From positions 2,543 to 66,542 of the forward strand of contig JACAFB010000041.1 in NCBI GenBank assembly GCA_013388545.1: a stretch of 64,000 nucleotides of DNA, read 5' to 3'. The stretch comes from Ignavibacteriaceae bacterium. Its GTDB lineage: Bacteria > Bacteroidota > Ignavibacteria > Ignavibacteriales > Ignavibacteriaceae. Shown piece by piece: positions 44,731-54,501 of the stretch. Position 1 is the stretch's first letter. Each line of letters begins with the position of its first letter. The notes below the pieces were generated by a model. That model did no database searches and was not told the DNA's origin. It saw only the letters and a list, made by a program, of their open reading frames with translations. The position numbers and the translations under genes were made by a program.

Positions 44731-47216
44731 TTCTTACGTTTCTTCTTAACCGGGGCTTTAGATTTTAACCTTTTAATTTCCTGGTTGTTTTCGCTTAAAG
44801 GTTTTATTGCTCTTGCTTTTGCATATAAATCTTTGATCTTTTTTTCGACCAGATAAAAAACTGAATTTGGAGCATAACCTTTTATTTTCCTTATACCCGA
44901 GGCAACTCCGGTCAGGATTTCAATTCCTTCCTCAACACGTGAGATTGCATAAATATGAAACTTGCCTGTTCTGACTGCTTCAATTATTTCGTCACGAAGC
45001 ATTAATTCCTTTACATTCTGAATTGGAATAATTACTCCTTGTTCTCCGGTTAATCTCCGTGACTTGCAGAAGTCATAAAAACCTTCAACCTTCTCATTTA
45101 CCCCGCCGATTGGCTGTACATCTCCTTTCTGATTCAGAGAACCTGTTACTGCGATTGATTGTTTTATTGGCAATCCTGAAAGTGTTGAAAGCAGTGCAAA
45201 TATTTCTGCACACGAGGCACTATCACCGTCTACTGTTCCATAAGACTGCTCAAATACTAAGTTAGCGTTGAATGACAATGGAAGTTCCTGTCCGAATGTT
45301 TCTCTAAAATATCCTGATATAATCAGAACTCCTTTATTGTAATGTCTTCCGCTCATTCCAGCTTCACGTTCAACATTGATAATAGTTCCGCTGCCAAGTG
45401 ATACGGTTGCAGTAATTCTTGTTGGTCTTCCAAACGAATAAAAATCAGCATTGTAAACTGCAAGCCCATTTATTTGTCCAACTCTTTGACCTTCAACGTC
45501 AATAAGCAATGTATTGTCATCGAACATTTCTGAGATTTTTGTTTCAAGCAATCCGTGTCTTTCACGAGTTGTTTGGTAAGCTCTTTCAACATGATAAGCA
45601 GTAACTATATCAGTGCCGTCGTCGCCTGCCCAGAAATTTGCTTCGCGGGCAATATCTGCAATTTTTGAAAACCTGAGTGTGAGCTTATACTTTGAACCGG
45701 CAAAGATTGCCCCAATTTCTACTAATCTTGCAATTGCATCTTTATCAAATTCACGCAGTTGTTCATCTTTAATCAACTTTTTAATTACACGGGCATACTC
45801 AACGAGAACGTTATCGGTTCGAGTGATCTCGTAGTCGAAGTCAGCTTTTATCTTAAACATTTTTTTAAAGTCATACTCTCGTTCAGCCAGAAAAGCGTAA
45901 ATCAATTGACTGCCTATTAAAATAACTTTAGTGTTAATATCAATTGGTTCGGGCTTAATTGATGTATGTGCAACCTGAAAGTATGAAAATATATCCTGCA
46001 CCTCAAGTTTGTGATATGTAAGCACCCGCTTTAGTGTTTTCCAGACACCGGGTTCTTCAAACAGGTGATAAACATTTAACACCAGATAACCGCCGTTTGC
46101 CTTTAAAAGAGAACCAGCCTTGATATTAGTAAAATCACTATACCACCCTCCTTTACCGTCATTAATCTTTTCAATCATTCCGAACAGATTTGTGTGAGTT
46201 GGTGAAGTTTCAATAATTATCGGGCATTCGTTTGTATTCGAGTTATCAAGTATTACGTTAACTTCATATTCCTTAAAATAATCTATAGGCAAACCTTCAG
46301 GACTAACTTCGCCCTGCGGTTTTTGCCCTTTGAAAATTGGAATGTTAGAGAGAATGTTTTCCTGGATTTGGTCGAGGTAAAAAAGAACTTTTTTATCGGA
46401 ATATTGTTCCTTCAGATTTTCTATCACGCCCTTAACCACAATTTCAATAGATTCTTTTTCAAGCTGTGCAATTTTATCCTGGAACTCTTGTGTAATTTTT
46501 AATCCTTCGCGATAAACAATCTGGAACTCCTGCTGATACTCGTTGTATTTTTTAAGAAGTTCATGCATTTGTTCTTTAGTTATAGAACCCTGTTGAACCA
46601 ATTCTTCAAGCTGAAATACCGGAACGGGTTTGTTATCAATTATTGGAAGAATATCAGGACGGGCGACTTCACCAATCTTAACCTGACCAAGAGTAAATCC
46701 ATCTTTACTCAGCTTTTCTTCAAAATTTGTCATCAGGTTTTGTTCTTTATCCTGGTAAACATTTATAAGTTTTTTCTTCCTGTTAATAAAATGATTGCCT
46801 TCAAGGGCTTGAGGGATTTTTTGCCTCAGGATGTTTATTGATGCACTTAGCTCCTGGCGGAAATATTTTGCCTCACCTTTTTTGAATTTCAGCAGAATCG
46901 GGTAATCGGGATCTTCAAAATTGTTGACATAAGCATAATCATAAAGTTCTGCGCTCTGAGTTCCAATCCTTTGAAGCATATTTTTAATTGTTGTAGCTTT
47001 TCCCGTACCCGATAACCCTGTAATAAAAATATTGTAGCCGGGGCTTCGAAGCTCGATTCCTAACTTTAACGCCTTCAAGGCTCTTTCCTGCCCAAGTATT
47101 CCTTCGATGGGTTCCAGATCTCCGGTTGACTCGAATTCAAAAACCCTGGGGTCACATTTCCATCTTAAGTCCTCAGGTTTAAGTTCATTGTGTTTGGGTG
47201 CTTTTAGGTAGTTCAT
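44727..47216 (-). CDS. Lon-like protease (LonC/COG1067 type) with degenerate Walker motifs and an intact Ser-Lys proteolytic domain
   Basis: 829 aa. P-loop-like GLSGTGKAT (Ala after Lys) and a Walker-B position reading GGYLVLNVYHL, about 300 aa later. Lon S16 domain DGDSASCAE and GGVNEKVEGF. Confidence 0.8.
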   Translation of the reverse strand: MNYLKAPKHNELKPEDLRWKCDPRVFEFESTGDLEPIEGILGQERALKALKLGIELRSPGYNIFITGLSGTGKATTIKNMLQRIGTQSAELYDYAYVNNFEDPDYPILLKFKKGEAKYFRQELSASINILRQKIPQALEGNHFINRKKKLINVYQDKEQNLMTNFEEKLSKDGFTLGQVKIGEVARPDILPIIDNKPVPVFQLEELVQQGSITKEQMHELLKKYNEYQQEFQIVYREGLKITQEFQDKIAQLEKESIEIVVKGVIENLKEQYSDKKVLFYLDQIQENILSNIPIFKGQKPQGEVSPEGLPIDYFKEYEVNVILDNSNTNECPIIIETSPTHTNLFGMIEKINDGKGGWYSDFTNIKAGSLLKANGGYLVLNVYHLFEEPGVWKTLKRVLTYHKLEVQDIFSYFQVAHTSIKPEPIDINTKVILIGSQLIYAFLAEREYDFKKMFKIKADFDYEITRTDNVLVEYARVIKKLIKDEQLREFDKDAIARLVEIGAIFAGSKYKLTLRFSKIADIAREANFWAGDDGTDIVTAYHVERAYQTTRERHGLLETKISEMFDDNTLLIDVEGQRVGQINGLAVYNADFYSFGRPTRITATVSLGSGTIINVEREAGMSGRHYNKGVLIISGYFRETFGQELPLSFNANLVFEQSYGTVDGDSASCAEIFALLSTLSGLPIKQSIAVTGSLNQKGDVQPIGGVNEKVEGFYDFCKSRRLTGEQGVIIPIQNVKELMLRDEIIEAVRTGKFHIYAISRVEEGIEILTGVASGIRKIKGYAPNSVFYLVEKKIKDLYAKARAIKPLSENNQEIKRLKSKAPVKKKRKK

Positions 47217-47382
47217 TTTTATATCTGAATTTTTATCTTAGAGAAGAATAGATTTAGAAACTTTAAATATTTTTCGCAATGAAAATCTAATTATTATTAG
47301 TCCCAATATCAAAGCCAAGATTTAATACCGGTTTATTTTTCTTATCAAATTTTGTTAAATGTTATAACCGAACTTTATTTTA

Positions 47383-48519
47383 ATGAACAATTTATCTGTT
47401 GAGAAATTCAGGAAATATTTCCCTTATTTAAATAACGGAATAATTTATTTTAATCATGCATCAACAGGACCCGTTCCTTCTACAACCGCCGCAAGATTAA
47501 AATCAATAATCGAGGTGAAAAGCAATGAATGCCCGGATGATTATCAGTCGTTTCTTAAAGTTATGACAGAGACAAAAGAAGATCTTGGCAGGCTGGTAAA
47601 TTGCTCCCCTGACCGGATTGCTTTTCTTGATAATACTACCAATGGTCTGAATTTACTTGCACTTGGAATTGAGTGGAAAAAAGGTGACAGGATTTTGTTG
47701 AATGATGTCGAGTTTCCTGCAAATGTTTATCCGTTCTTAAATCTGAAAAGATTTGGAGTTGAGGTAGATTTCATCAGGGCTGAGAGTGGATTTGTAACAG
47801 CAGAACAAATAATTGATTCTGTGAAACCGGAAACAAAATTAATCTCAGTTAGTTTTGTTCAATTTATTTCTGGTTATAAAATCAATCTTGAGAAGCTTGG
47901 AAATTATTGCCGCAACAACAATATTATTTTCTGTGTTGATGCTATACAGGGAATAGGCGCTGTTGCAATTGATGTTACTAAATCAAAAATAGATTACTTA
48001 TCGTGCGGAACTCAGAAATGGCTTTTAGGAATGCAGGGGCTTGCTTTTATTTATGTTGATGAAAATCTTCAGCGAAAAATGATTCCGGCAAATCTTGGCT
48101 GGCTTTCGGTTGAAAACGCCTGGGATCTGCTGAATTACGATGTTACACCGAAATCAACAGCAAGTGTTTTTCAAGGCGGAACCCTGAATCTTTTGGGAAT
48201 TTATGCCTTCAATTCTTCACTAAAAATTTTTCATGATTTCGGCGTTGTTAATGTCGAAAAGGAAATATTGAAAAACAGCAGATATTTCATTTCTGCTTTG
48301 AAAAAGATCGGAGTAGAAAGTGTCCTTTCCAATTGTTCCGATGACGAGCTTGCTGGAATAGTTACCGTGAAATTAAACTCTGCCGACAGGGTTGTAGCAG
48401 AACTTCAGAAGAAGAAAATTTTTTGTTCTTTGCGTGAAGGACAAATCAGGTTTTCACCGCACTTTTATAATATTATTCAAGAGATAAATACAGTTGTTGA
48501 TGAATTAAAAAAATTATGA
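47383..48519 (+). CDS. class V aminotransferase-fold PLP enzyme (cysteine desulfurase/selenocysteine lyase-like)
   Basis: 378 aa. VDAIQGIG...SCGTQKWLLG (PLP-Lys context). Confidence 0.75.
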   Translation: MNNLSVEKFRKYFPYLNNGIIYFNHASTGPVPSTTAARLKSIIEVKSNECPDDYQSFLKVMTETKEDLGRLVNCSPDRIAFLDNTTNGLNLLALGIEWKKGDRILLNDVEFPANVYPFLNLKRFGVEVDFIRAESGFVTAEQIIDSVKPETKLISVSFVQFISGYKINLEKLGNYCRNNNIIFCVDAIQGIGAVAIDVTKSKIDYLSCGTQKWLLGMQGLAFIYVDENLQRKMIPANLGWLSVENAWDLLNYDVTPKSTASVFQGGTLNLLGIYAFNSSLKIFHDFGVVNVEKEILKNSRYFISALKKIGVESVLSNCSDDELAGIVTVKLNSADRVVAELQKKKIFCSLREGQIRFSPHFYNIIQEINTVVDELKKL

Positions 48520-49112
48520 ATATCTTTTCTTTAGAAAATAACAGGACTGAAGCTATGAATTTATTTATCAAATCTTTTTTTACAGTTGTTTGTGCTGTTT
48601 CAATGTTTCTTGTCATTTATTCAGCCCGGGCATTTGGACAAAATACAAAAGAGAAAGTTCGTATTAGCCCCCGCGCTGAGGTAATGCAGCAGGTTGGATT
48701 TACAGATATAAGAATCATTTACAGCCGGCCCGGTGTTAAAGGCAGAACAATCTGGGGAAATCTTGTCCCTTACAATTCTGTTTGGCGCGCTGGTGCTAAT
48801 GAAGCAACTAAAATAATTTTTTCCACAGATGTTTTAATTGAAGGTAAGTTATTAAAGGCTGGTTCATATAGTTTCTTCACAATTCCCGGGAAAAAAGAAT
48901 GGATATTAATTTTCAACAAGATTTCTGACCAGTGGGGCGCGTTTGAATACAACGAAGCTGAGGATGCTCTTCGTGTAAAAGTTAAACCAGAAAAAAGTGG
49001 TTTCCAGGAATGGCTGGCTTATACAATTACAAAAACTTCAGATTATTCAGCCACTATTCGATTGGAATGGGAAAAAGTAAAAGTTCCGTTTAAAGTTGAA
49101 GTGAAACAATAA
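48516..49112 (+). CDS. DUF2911-like secreted protein
   Basis: Signal/TM N-terminus, then GNLVPYNSVWRAGANEATKIIFSTDVLIEGKLLKAGSYSFFTIP. ATGA overlap with the upstream gene. Confidence 0.6.
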   Translation: MNIFSLENNRTEAMNLFIKSFFTVVCAVSMFLVIYSARAFGQNTKEKVRISPRAEVMQQVGFTDIRIIYSRPGVKGRTIWGNLVPYNSVWRAGANEATKIIFSTDVLIEGKLLKAGSYSFFTIPGKKEWILIFNKISDQWGAFEYNEAEDALRVKVKPEKSGFQEWLAYTITKTSDYSATIRLEWEKVKVPFKVEVKQ

Positions 49113-49174
49113 TTTTTTCAAACTTTCTGATTAAACAGAACTTTAATGTTGCTTTAGACTAACCGGAAGAATTT

Positions 49175-50527
49175 TTAAGATCGAATTATATCCAGCAGCT
49201 CTTTGGTCTTTTCTTCCATTAATCTAACATTTCCTTTTGATTCAACATTTAGTCTGACTATTGGTTCGGTGTTGCTCATTCTTATATTGAATCTCCAGTC
49301 TTTAAATTCTACACTGAGTCCGTCAGTTAAGTCTTTAATTCCATCAGCATAGATTTTTTCAATCTCTTTTATTTTACCTGCAGGATCATTAATTGTAGAA
49401 TTAATTTCGCCGGAACACGGGAATTCACTTATCATTTCTTCAACCAGCTCACTCAGCTTTTTATTTTCCTCAGACATTAACTGTATAATGAGTAAAAAAG
49501 GTATCATTCCACTGTCTGAATAAGCATTCTCTCTGAAATAATGATGAGCAGACATTTCACCACCATAAATCGAATTTACTTCTCTCATCTTTTCTTTTAT
49601 ATATGCATGACCACTTTTGGATAGTACTGCTGTTCCACCGCTTTGACTTACAATCTTAAGTGTATTCCATATTAATCTCGGATCGTGAACGATTTTTTCA
49701 TTAGGATTGGTTTTTAAAATTGATTTTGCGAGCAGCCCGACTATATAATAACCTTCAATAAAATTGCCTTTTTCATCAAAGAAGAAGCATCGGTCGTAAT
49801 CTCCATCCCAGGCAACACCTAAATCAGCTTTGTTATTTATCACGGCCTCAAAAGTTGGCTGACGATTTTCCGGAAGCAGAGGATTTGGTACACCATTTGG
49901 AAAATCTGAGTCGGGTTCATTGAAAATCTTTATCATCGTAATTGGGAGTTTTGATTCGATAGAATTTAATGCTAAACCCGCACAACCATTTCCGGCATTT
50001 ACAACTACTTTTAATGGTTTTATTTTATCAGGGGAGTAGAATTTTCTTAGGTTATCAATAAATGCAGGCATTACATCTGTATTTTCAGCTTTACCTTTAT
50101 TTTTGGTTTCAACTTCAAGATCATTTTCAACGATCATTTTTTCGATGACATTCAATCCTGAATCGTATCCGACAGGAACCGAATTCTTCTTAACGAATTT
50201 CATTCCATTATATTCAGGCGGATTATGGCTTGCTGTAATCATTATTCCGCCGTCGGCGTCAAAATAAGGCGTGGCGAAATAAACCATTTCAGTGCCGCAC
50301 AACCCAATATTAACTACATCAACTCCTGAAGATGTGAGCCCTTCAATTAGAGCACTTGAAAGCTCTTCGGAGGATTTTCTTATGTCCCTTCCGACAACCA
50401 CTTTGGAAGTTTTGAGGTATTTTGCAAAAGCTATCCCGATTTTTCTTGCAATTTCAGTATTTAATTCAGAAGGTACTTTGCCTCTGACGTCATAAGCTTT
50501 AAAGCTGTTTAGTTTCATAAATGTCAT
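49175..50527 (-). CDS. manB: phosphomannomutase/phosphoglucomutase
   Basis: AYDVRG, TASHNPPEYNGMKF, DGDYDRC, GGEMSAHH. Confidence 0.92.
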   Translation of the reverse strand: MTFMKLNSFKAYDVRGKVPSELNTEIARKIGIAFAKYLKTSKVVVGRDIRKSSEELSSALIEGLTSSGVDVVNIGLCGTEMVYFATPYFDADGGIMITASHNPPEYNGMKFVKKNSVPVGYDSGLNVIEKMIVENDLEVETKNKGKAENTDVMPAFIDNLRKFYSPDKIKPLKVVVNAGNGCAGLALNSIESKLPITMIKIFNEPDSDFPNGVPNPLLPENRQPTFEAVINNKADLGVAWDGDYDRCFFFDEKGNFIEGYYIVGLLAKSILKTNPNEKIVHDPRLIWNTLKIVSQSGGTAVLSKSGHAYIKEKMREVNSIYGGEMSAHHYFRENAYSDSGMIPFLLIIQLMSEENKKLSELVEEMISEFPCSGEINSTINDPAGKIKEIEKIYADGIKDLTDGLSVEFKDWRFNIRMSNTEPIVRLNVESKGNVRLMEEKTKELLDIIRS

Positions 50528-50680
50528 CTCAATAATTTTTGTTAAAAGATTTACTTTAAAATTATATAATTTTGTGTTAGTTTAATTCCAGAAAAAATTA
50601 TTGAGGTAATTTTTTTTCAGTAGACTTTTTGATGTTAATAAATTAGTTTCGCATCACAATTTCAAAACCCAGGAGTTAAT

Positions 50681-50989
50681 ATCGTTACATCTGATACTAT
50701 CAAATGGCACTTCGCTAAATGTAATAATTCAAAATGTCACTCTATCTTTCCTGTAAATCCAAATGAAGGACCAGGGGAGCTAGGATACATTTGTCCGGAT
50801 TGCAGTGCGAAGACTACAACTTCGCATGTTATTCAATGTGCAAGCTGCAAGACCATACTAAATTTTGTGAGGGCTTCAACAAACGAAGAGAAAGTCGTTT
50901 TCACGGTTCAAAAGTGCTCGCATTGTGTTGGAACTGTGGAGGACGAATGGGAAATAGAACCACTGTATCAGCCCGATTCTTATATTTAA
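50681..50989 (+). CDS. unannotated tandem zinc-ribbon protein (~102 aa) lacking a canonical start codon
   Basis: The frame is open 50642-50989. AGGAG (50671-50675) lies 5 nt before ATC 50681. The product has C-x4-C/x21/C-x2-C and C-x2-C/x20/C-x2-C (KCNNSKC...CPDC...CASC...CSHC) and an acidic tail. Confidence 0.5.
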   Translation: MVTSDTIKWHFAKCNNSKCHSIFPVNPNEGPGELGYICPDCSAKTTTSHVIQCASCKTILNFVRASTNEEKVVFTVQKCSHCVGTVEDEWEIEPLYQPDSYI

Positions 50990-51247
50990 TCTTATAAATA
51001 AATCTCTTACTTATATAAAGATATTATTCGCAAGGTATTTCCCTAACGTTGTGTTATTTATTCTAACCTTTTAATTCATTATCCACTTAAAGCATAGTAA
51101 CTCTACCGGTTATTCTTTAATTAATCAGCTGATGAAAACGTAAAAATTATTAAATAAGCCGGCATTTTACTTTTAATTAAATAATCAAAAGCATTAAATT
51201 TCTAAACATTTAATTACTAATTCTTAAAAAATATCTAAGGATATTCG

Positions 51248-53428
51248 ATGAAAAAATTATTTTGGCAGTTAAACCTCTTTAGCGTTATGCTAATTTTACT
51301 TTACTTTATTTCAGGTACAAGTAATCTCAAAGCTCAAAATTATGATTGGATTGATCTTGATACCGTTAAAGCCGGAAGATTCGATACAGGTAGAATGTGG
51401 ACTTTTGAATTTCCTCCCCTTGATTACTTCAAGGAAGCTTACGGTATTGATGCCTCTGATGAATGGTTAGATCATATCAGACTTTCCGCATTGCGATTTG
51501 CAACTTATTGTTCTGCATCATTTGTCTCTGAAGACGGATTGATTATGACAAATCATCATTGTGCGCGGCAAAGCCTAACTGATGTCTCTCAGGAGGGTGA
51601 AGATTTAACCGCAACTGGTTTTTGGGCTCCAACTCTGAACGATGAAAGACCCGTTCCGGGACTTTTTGTTGATCAACTGGTTCTCATAAAAGATGTTACT
51701 GATGAAGTTCTTGCAGCAATTGATGAGGGAACTACTGATGCTGAAAAGCTCGAGAAAAAGATGATGGTGATTGAAGCCATTGAAAATCGTGAAGCTGAAT
51801 CCTCGGGTCTTGAAGTTTCAGTTACTGAACTTTTTGACGGTGCAAAATATTCCCTTTATGGTTATAAGAGATATAACGATATACGATTAGTTTTTGCTCC
51901 TGAAGATCAGGCTGGATTTTTTGGAGGGGATCCTGATAATTTTACTTATCCAAGATATAATCTCGATTGCACATTTTTCAGGGCTTATGATGAAAATGGC
52001 AATCCTTTGAAGACCGATAACTTTTTTAAATGGAGTGAAAACGGACCTGCCGATAAAGAACCTGTTTTTGTAGTTGGAAATCCGGGCTCTACAAATAGAT
52101 TAAAGACTGTATCTCAGCTTGAGTATTATCGGGATATCCAGTATCCCCGAACCACCGAGCTGTTGAAAGATCTTGAAGATATTTATGGAAAATTGTTAGC
52201 AAAATATCCTGATCGGAAGATGGAATACCAGGATATGATTTTTAGCTTTGCTAATGCACGTAAGAGTTATGAGGGAAGATTAGAAGGATTAAGAGATCCT
52301 GTTTTAATGCAGAAAAAAAGAGTATTTGAAAACGAATTTAAGTCTGCAGTTAATTCAGATTCAGAAATGAGAGAAAAATATGGTGACCTTTGGGATATGA
52401 TTTCTGGAATTAGAAAAGAGCTAAAGTCAATCTCAAATGAATTGTTTGTGCTTTCTCTTAGCCGTTTTACAAGTTCTGAGTATTTTAACTTTGCTAAAGA
52501 TGTTGTTGAAATTGCTAATCAATTGAAACTACCTGAAGAAGAAAGATCTGAACTTTATAAGGGTGAAGAACTTAATTATACAATTAAATCCATTGTCCCG
52601 GAAGAATTTGATTCTGAATTAGCTGATATGATGCTTGAGAAACAAATCGGAAGAATGGAAAAATTCCTCGGTTCAGATCACCAGCTTGTGAAAAAAATGA
52701 CCGGTGGTCGTAAAGGAAAAGAAGCAGTTGAGTATATGCTTGATAAAACAGTTGTTAATGATGTTGAGAAGATTAAAGAGCTTGTAGAAGAAGGTCCTGA
52801 TGCGATATTAAATTCTGAAGATCCATTCATTTATTTCGTTGTTAATTCAACTGAAAAAGCTGAAAATCTGCAAAAGCAGGCAAGCGAATTGAATAAAAAG
52901 GAAGAAGCTTTTAACAACCAGCTGGGCAGGGCAATATTTGAAGTTTATGGAACATCAATTCCGCCCGATGCCACATTCACACTAAGAATTTCTGATGGAA
53001 TTGTAAAAGGATTCGAGTATAACGGAACTATGGCTCCGCCTTTCACAACTTTTTACGGAATGTATGACAGATATTATGGTTTTGGAAAGAACTTCCCATG
53101 GGTTCTGCCTGAAAGATGGAAAAATCCTCCTGCAGACTTTGATCTTGAGATACCATTTAACTTCGTATCGACAAACGATATAATTGGCGGAAATTCCGGA
53201 AGCCCTGTAATAAACAAGAATGCTGAAGTTGTTGGATTAGCTTTCGATGGAAATATGGAAAGTCTGCCGGGCGATTTTATTTTTACAACTGAAAAAAACC
53301 GCACTGTGTCTGTTCATTCAGCAGGAATGTATGAAGTTATTAATGATCTTTATGGTGCAAAAAGACTTGCAAGTGAATTGAAGAATGGAAAGATAAATAA
53401 GCTTGATAAGAAGGATAAAACTGATTAA
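51248..53428 (+). CDS. S46-family dipeptidyl-peptidase (DPP7/DPP11-like)
   Basis: Signal peptide, catalytic His region MTNHHCA, and catalytic Ser region GGNSGSPVINKNAEVVGLAFDGN. Confidence 0.9.
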   Translation: MKKLFWQLNLFSVMLILLYFISGTSNLKAQNYDWIDLDTVKAGRFDTGRMWTFEFPPLDYFKEAYGIDASDEWLDHIRLSALRFATYCSASFVSEDGLIMTNHHCARQSLTDVSQEGEDLTATGFWAPTLNDERPVPGLFVDQLVLIKDVTDEVLAAIDEGTTDAEKLEKKMMVIEAIENREAESSGLEVSVTELFDGAKYSLYGYKRYNDIRLVFAPEDQAGFFGGDPDNFTYPRYNLDCTFFRAYDENGNPLKTDNFFKWSENGPADKEPVFVVGNPGSTNRLKTVSQLEYYRDIQYPRTTELLKDLEDIYGKLLAKYPDRKMEYQDMIFSFANARKSYEGRLEGLRDPVLMQKKRVFENEFKSAVNSDSEMREKYGDLWDMISGIRKELKSISNELFVLSLSRFTSSEYFNFAKDVVEIANQLKLPEEERSELYKGEELNYTIKSIVPEEFDSELADMMLEKQIGRMEKFLGSDHQLVKKMTGGRKGKEAVEYMLDKTVVNDVEKIKELVEEGPDAILNSEDPFIYFVVNSTEKAENLQKQASELNKKEEAFNNQLGRAIFEVYGTSIPPDATFTLRISDGIVKGFEYNGTMAPPFTTFYGMYDRYYGFGKNFPWVLPERWKNPPADFDLEIPFNFVSTNDIIGGNSGSPVINKNAEVVGLAFDGNMESLPGDFIFTTEKNRTVSVHSAGMYEVINDLYGAKRLASELKNGKINKLDKKDKTD

Positions 53429-53441
53429 TGTAAATTACTGC

Positions 53442-53469
53442 AAAGCCGCTTCTGAAGAGAGGCGGCTTT
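53442..53469. terminator. bidirectional intrinsic terminator
   Basis: AAAGCCGC (53442-53449) pairs with GCGGCTTT (53462-53469) across a 12-nt loop, between convergent genes. Confidence 0.65.
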
Positions 53470-53508
53470 CTTTAAAGATTACTAATTGATGTTTTGGCTG
53501 CAGCAAAA

Positions 53509-54045
53509 CTAAAACAAATACTGACACTGCAGATGAACAGATGTGTACTGCGGAAGAGTTTCAAAAAAGGTGATTGCATATTCAACTCCGGCGCCAACTT
53601 TAAATCCTCTGAGCTCATAATTGCGTAAATCGACTCCAACGGAAAACGATAATACAACTCCATAATCCCATAGATCACTATCTGAAAAAGTGTGATCGTT
53701 CAAAGCTGTTACTCCAACTCCTTCTTCAAGGAAAATCCTGTTATCAAAATATTGGGAGGTTATTCCCTTAAAATAAATTCCCAGGATATAAGGGTGATAG
53801 GTTTTTTTAGTGTTAGGAAGAATTGCATTAAAATCCTTGATAAATAAAAAGCCTGCCCGCGGGTATACTTCTTCAAACATTGGAAAATTAAGTTCACCAA
53901 AAACTCCGGTTGAGAAACCACCCACCGAGGCCGAGGTTGCACTAAACATTCCTCCTCCCACAACTGCACCAGTGGAAACCACTGGCTGAGCAAATGAAAA
54001 GTAAGCCATACTAAAGAATAAAAAAGCAATTACTTTTATTTTCAA
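53509..54045 (-). CDS. small outer-membrane beta-barrel protein (porin-family-like), function unknown
   Basis: Signal peptide MKIKVIAFLFFSMAYFSFAQ, alternating Gly/aromatic beta-strand pattern, and a C-terminal ...QYLF beta-signal. Confidence 0.6.
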   Translation of the reverse strand: MKIKVIAFLFFSMAYFSFAQPVVSTGAVVGGGMFSATSASVGGFSTGVFGELNFPMFEEVYPRAGFLFIKDFNAILPNTKKTYHPYILGIYFKGITSQYFDNRIFLEEGVGVTALNDHTFSDSDLWDYGVVLSFSVGVDLRNYELRGFKVGAGVEYAITFFETLPQYTSVHLQCQYLF

Positions 54046-54110
54046 TCTAATCTTCCAATTTTTACTTTATTAAATTAATTAGTGATAAATGAAAATAAAA
54101 GGAAAGAGCT

Positions 54111-54467
54111 ATGGATAAAAATCTATATCATTACAAAGCGAAGGTAACCGGAGTATATGACGGCGATACCTGCACCATGGATATTGATCTTGGCCTGCAC
54201 ACCTGGATTCGGGGCGAAAAAATCAGGCTTCATCGCATAAATGCTCCTGAGCTAAAAGGCAAAGAGAGAAACAAAGGTTTAGCCTCAAGGGATTCTTTGA
54301 AGAGTTTAATTCTTGAGAAAGAAGTTCTGATTGAAACCATTAAGGATGAAAAAGAAAAATATGGACGATACCTTAGCGAAATCTGGCTCGCAGATTCAAA
54401 GGGAGGTTATCTAAATGTTAATGACTGGATGGTGAATAATGGTTTTGCTAAATACCAGAAATATTAA
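54111..54467 (+). CDS. staphylococcal-nuclease-like (thermonuclease family) protein
   Basis: VYDGDTC, IRLHRINAPE and EKYGRYLSEIW align with the SNase DGDT / RLLLVDTPE / KYGRGLAYIY blocks. Confidence 0.7.
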   Translation: MDKNLYHYKAKVTGVYDGDTCTMDIDLGLHTWIRGEKIRLHRINAPELKGKERNKGLASRDSLKSLILEKEVLIETIKDEKEKYGRYLSEIWLADSKGGYLNVNDWMVNNGFAKYQKY

Positions 54468-54501
54468 TTCAAACAGCATTATTTATTAACAGGAAGTAAA
54501 A

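Noticed and set aside
50791-50997. The 68-aa ORF from the ORF track, between manB and the S46 peptidase gene.
   Set aside because: It overlaps, in a different frame, the longer open frame 50642-50989 that encodes regularly spaced CxxC pairs. The Cys richness of the 68-aa product is a frame-shifted echo of the TG-rich codons. I prefer the zinc-ribbon frame.
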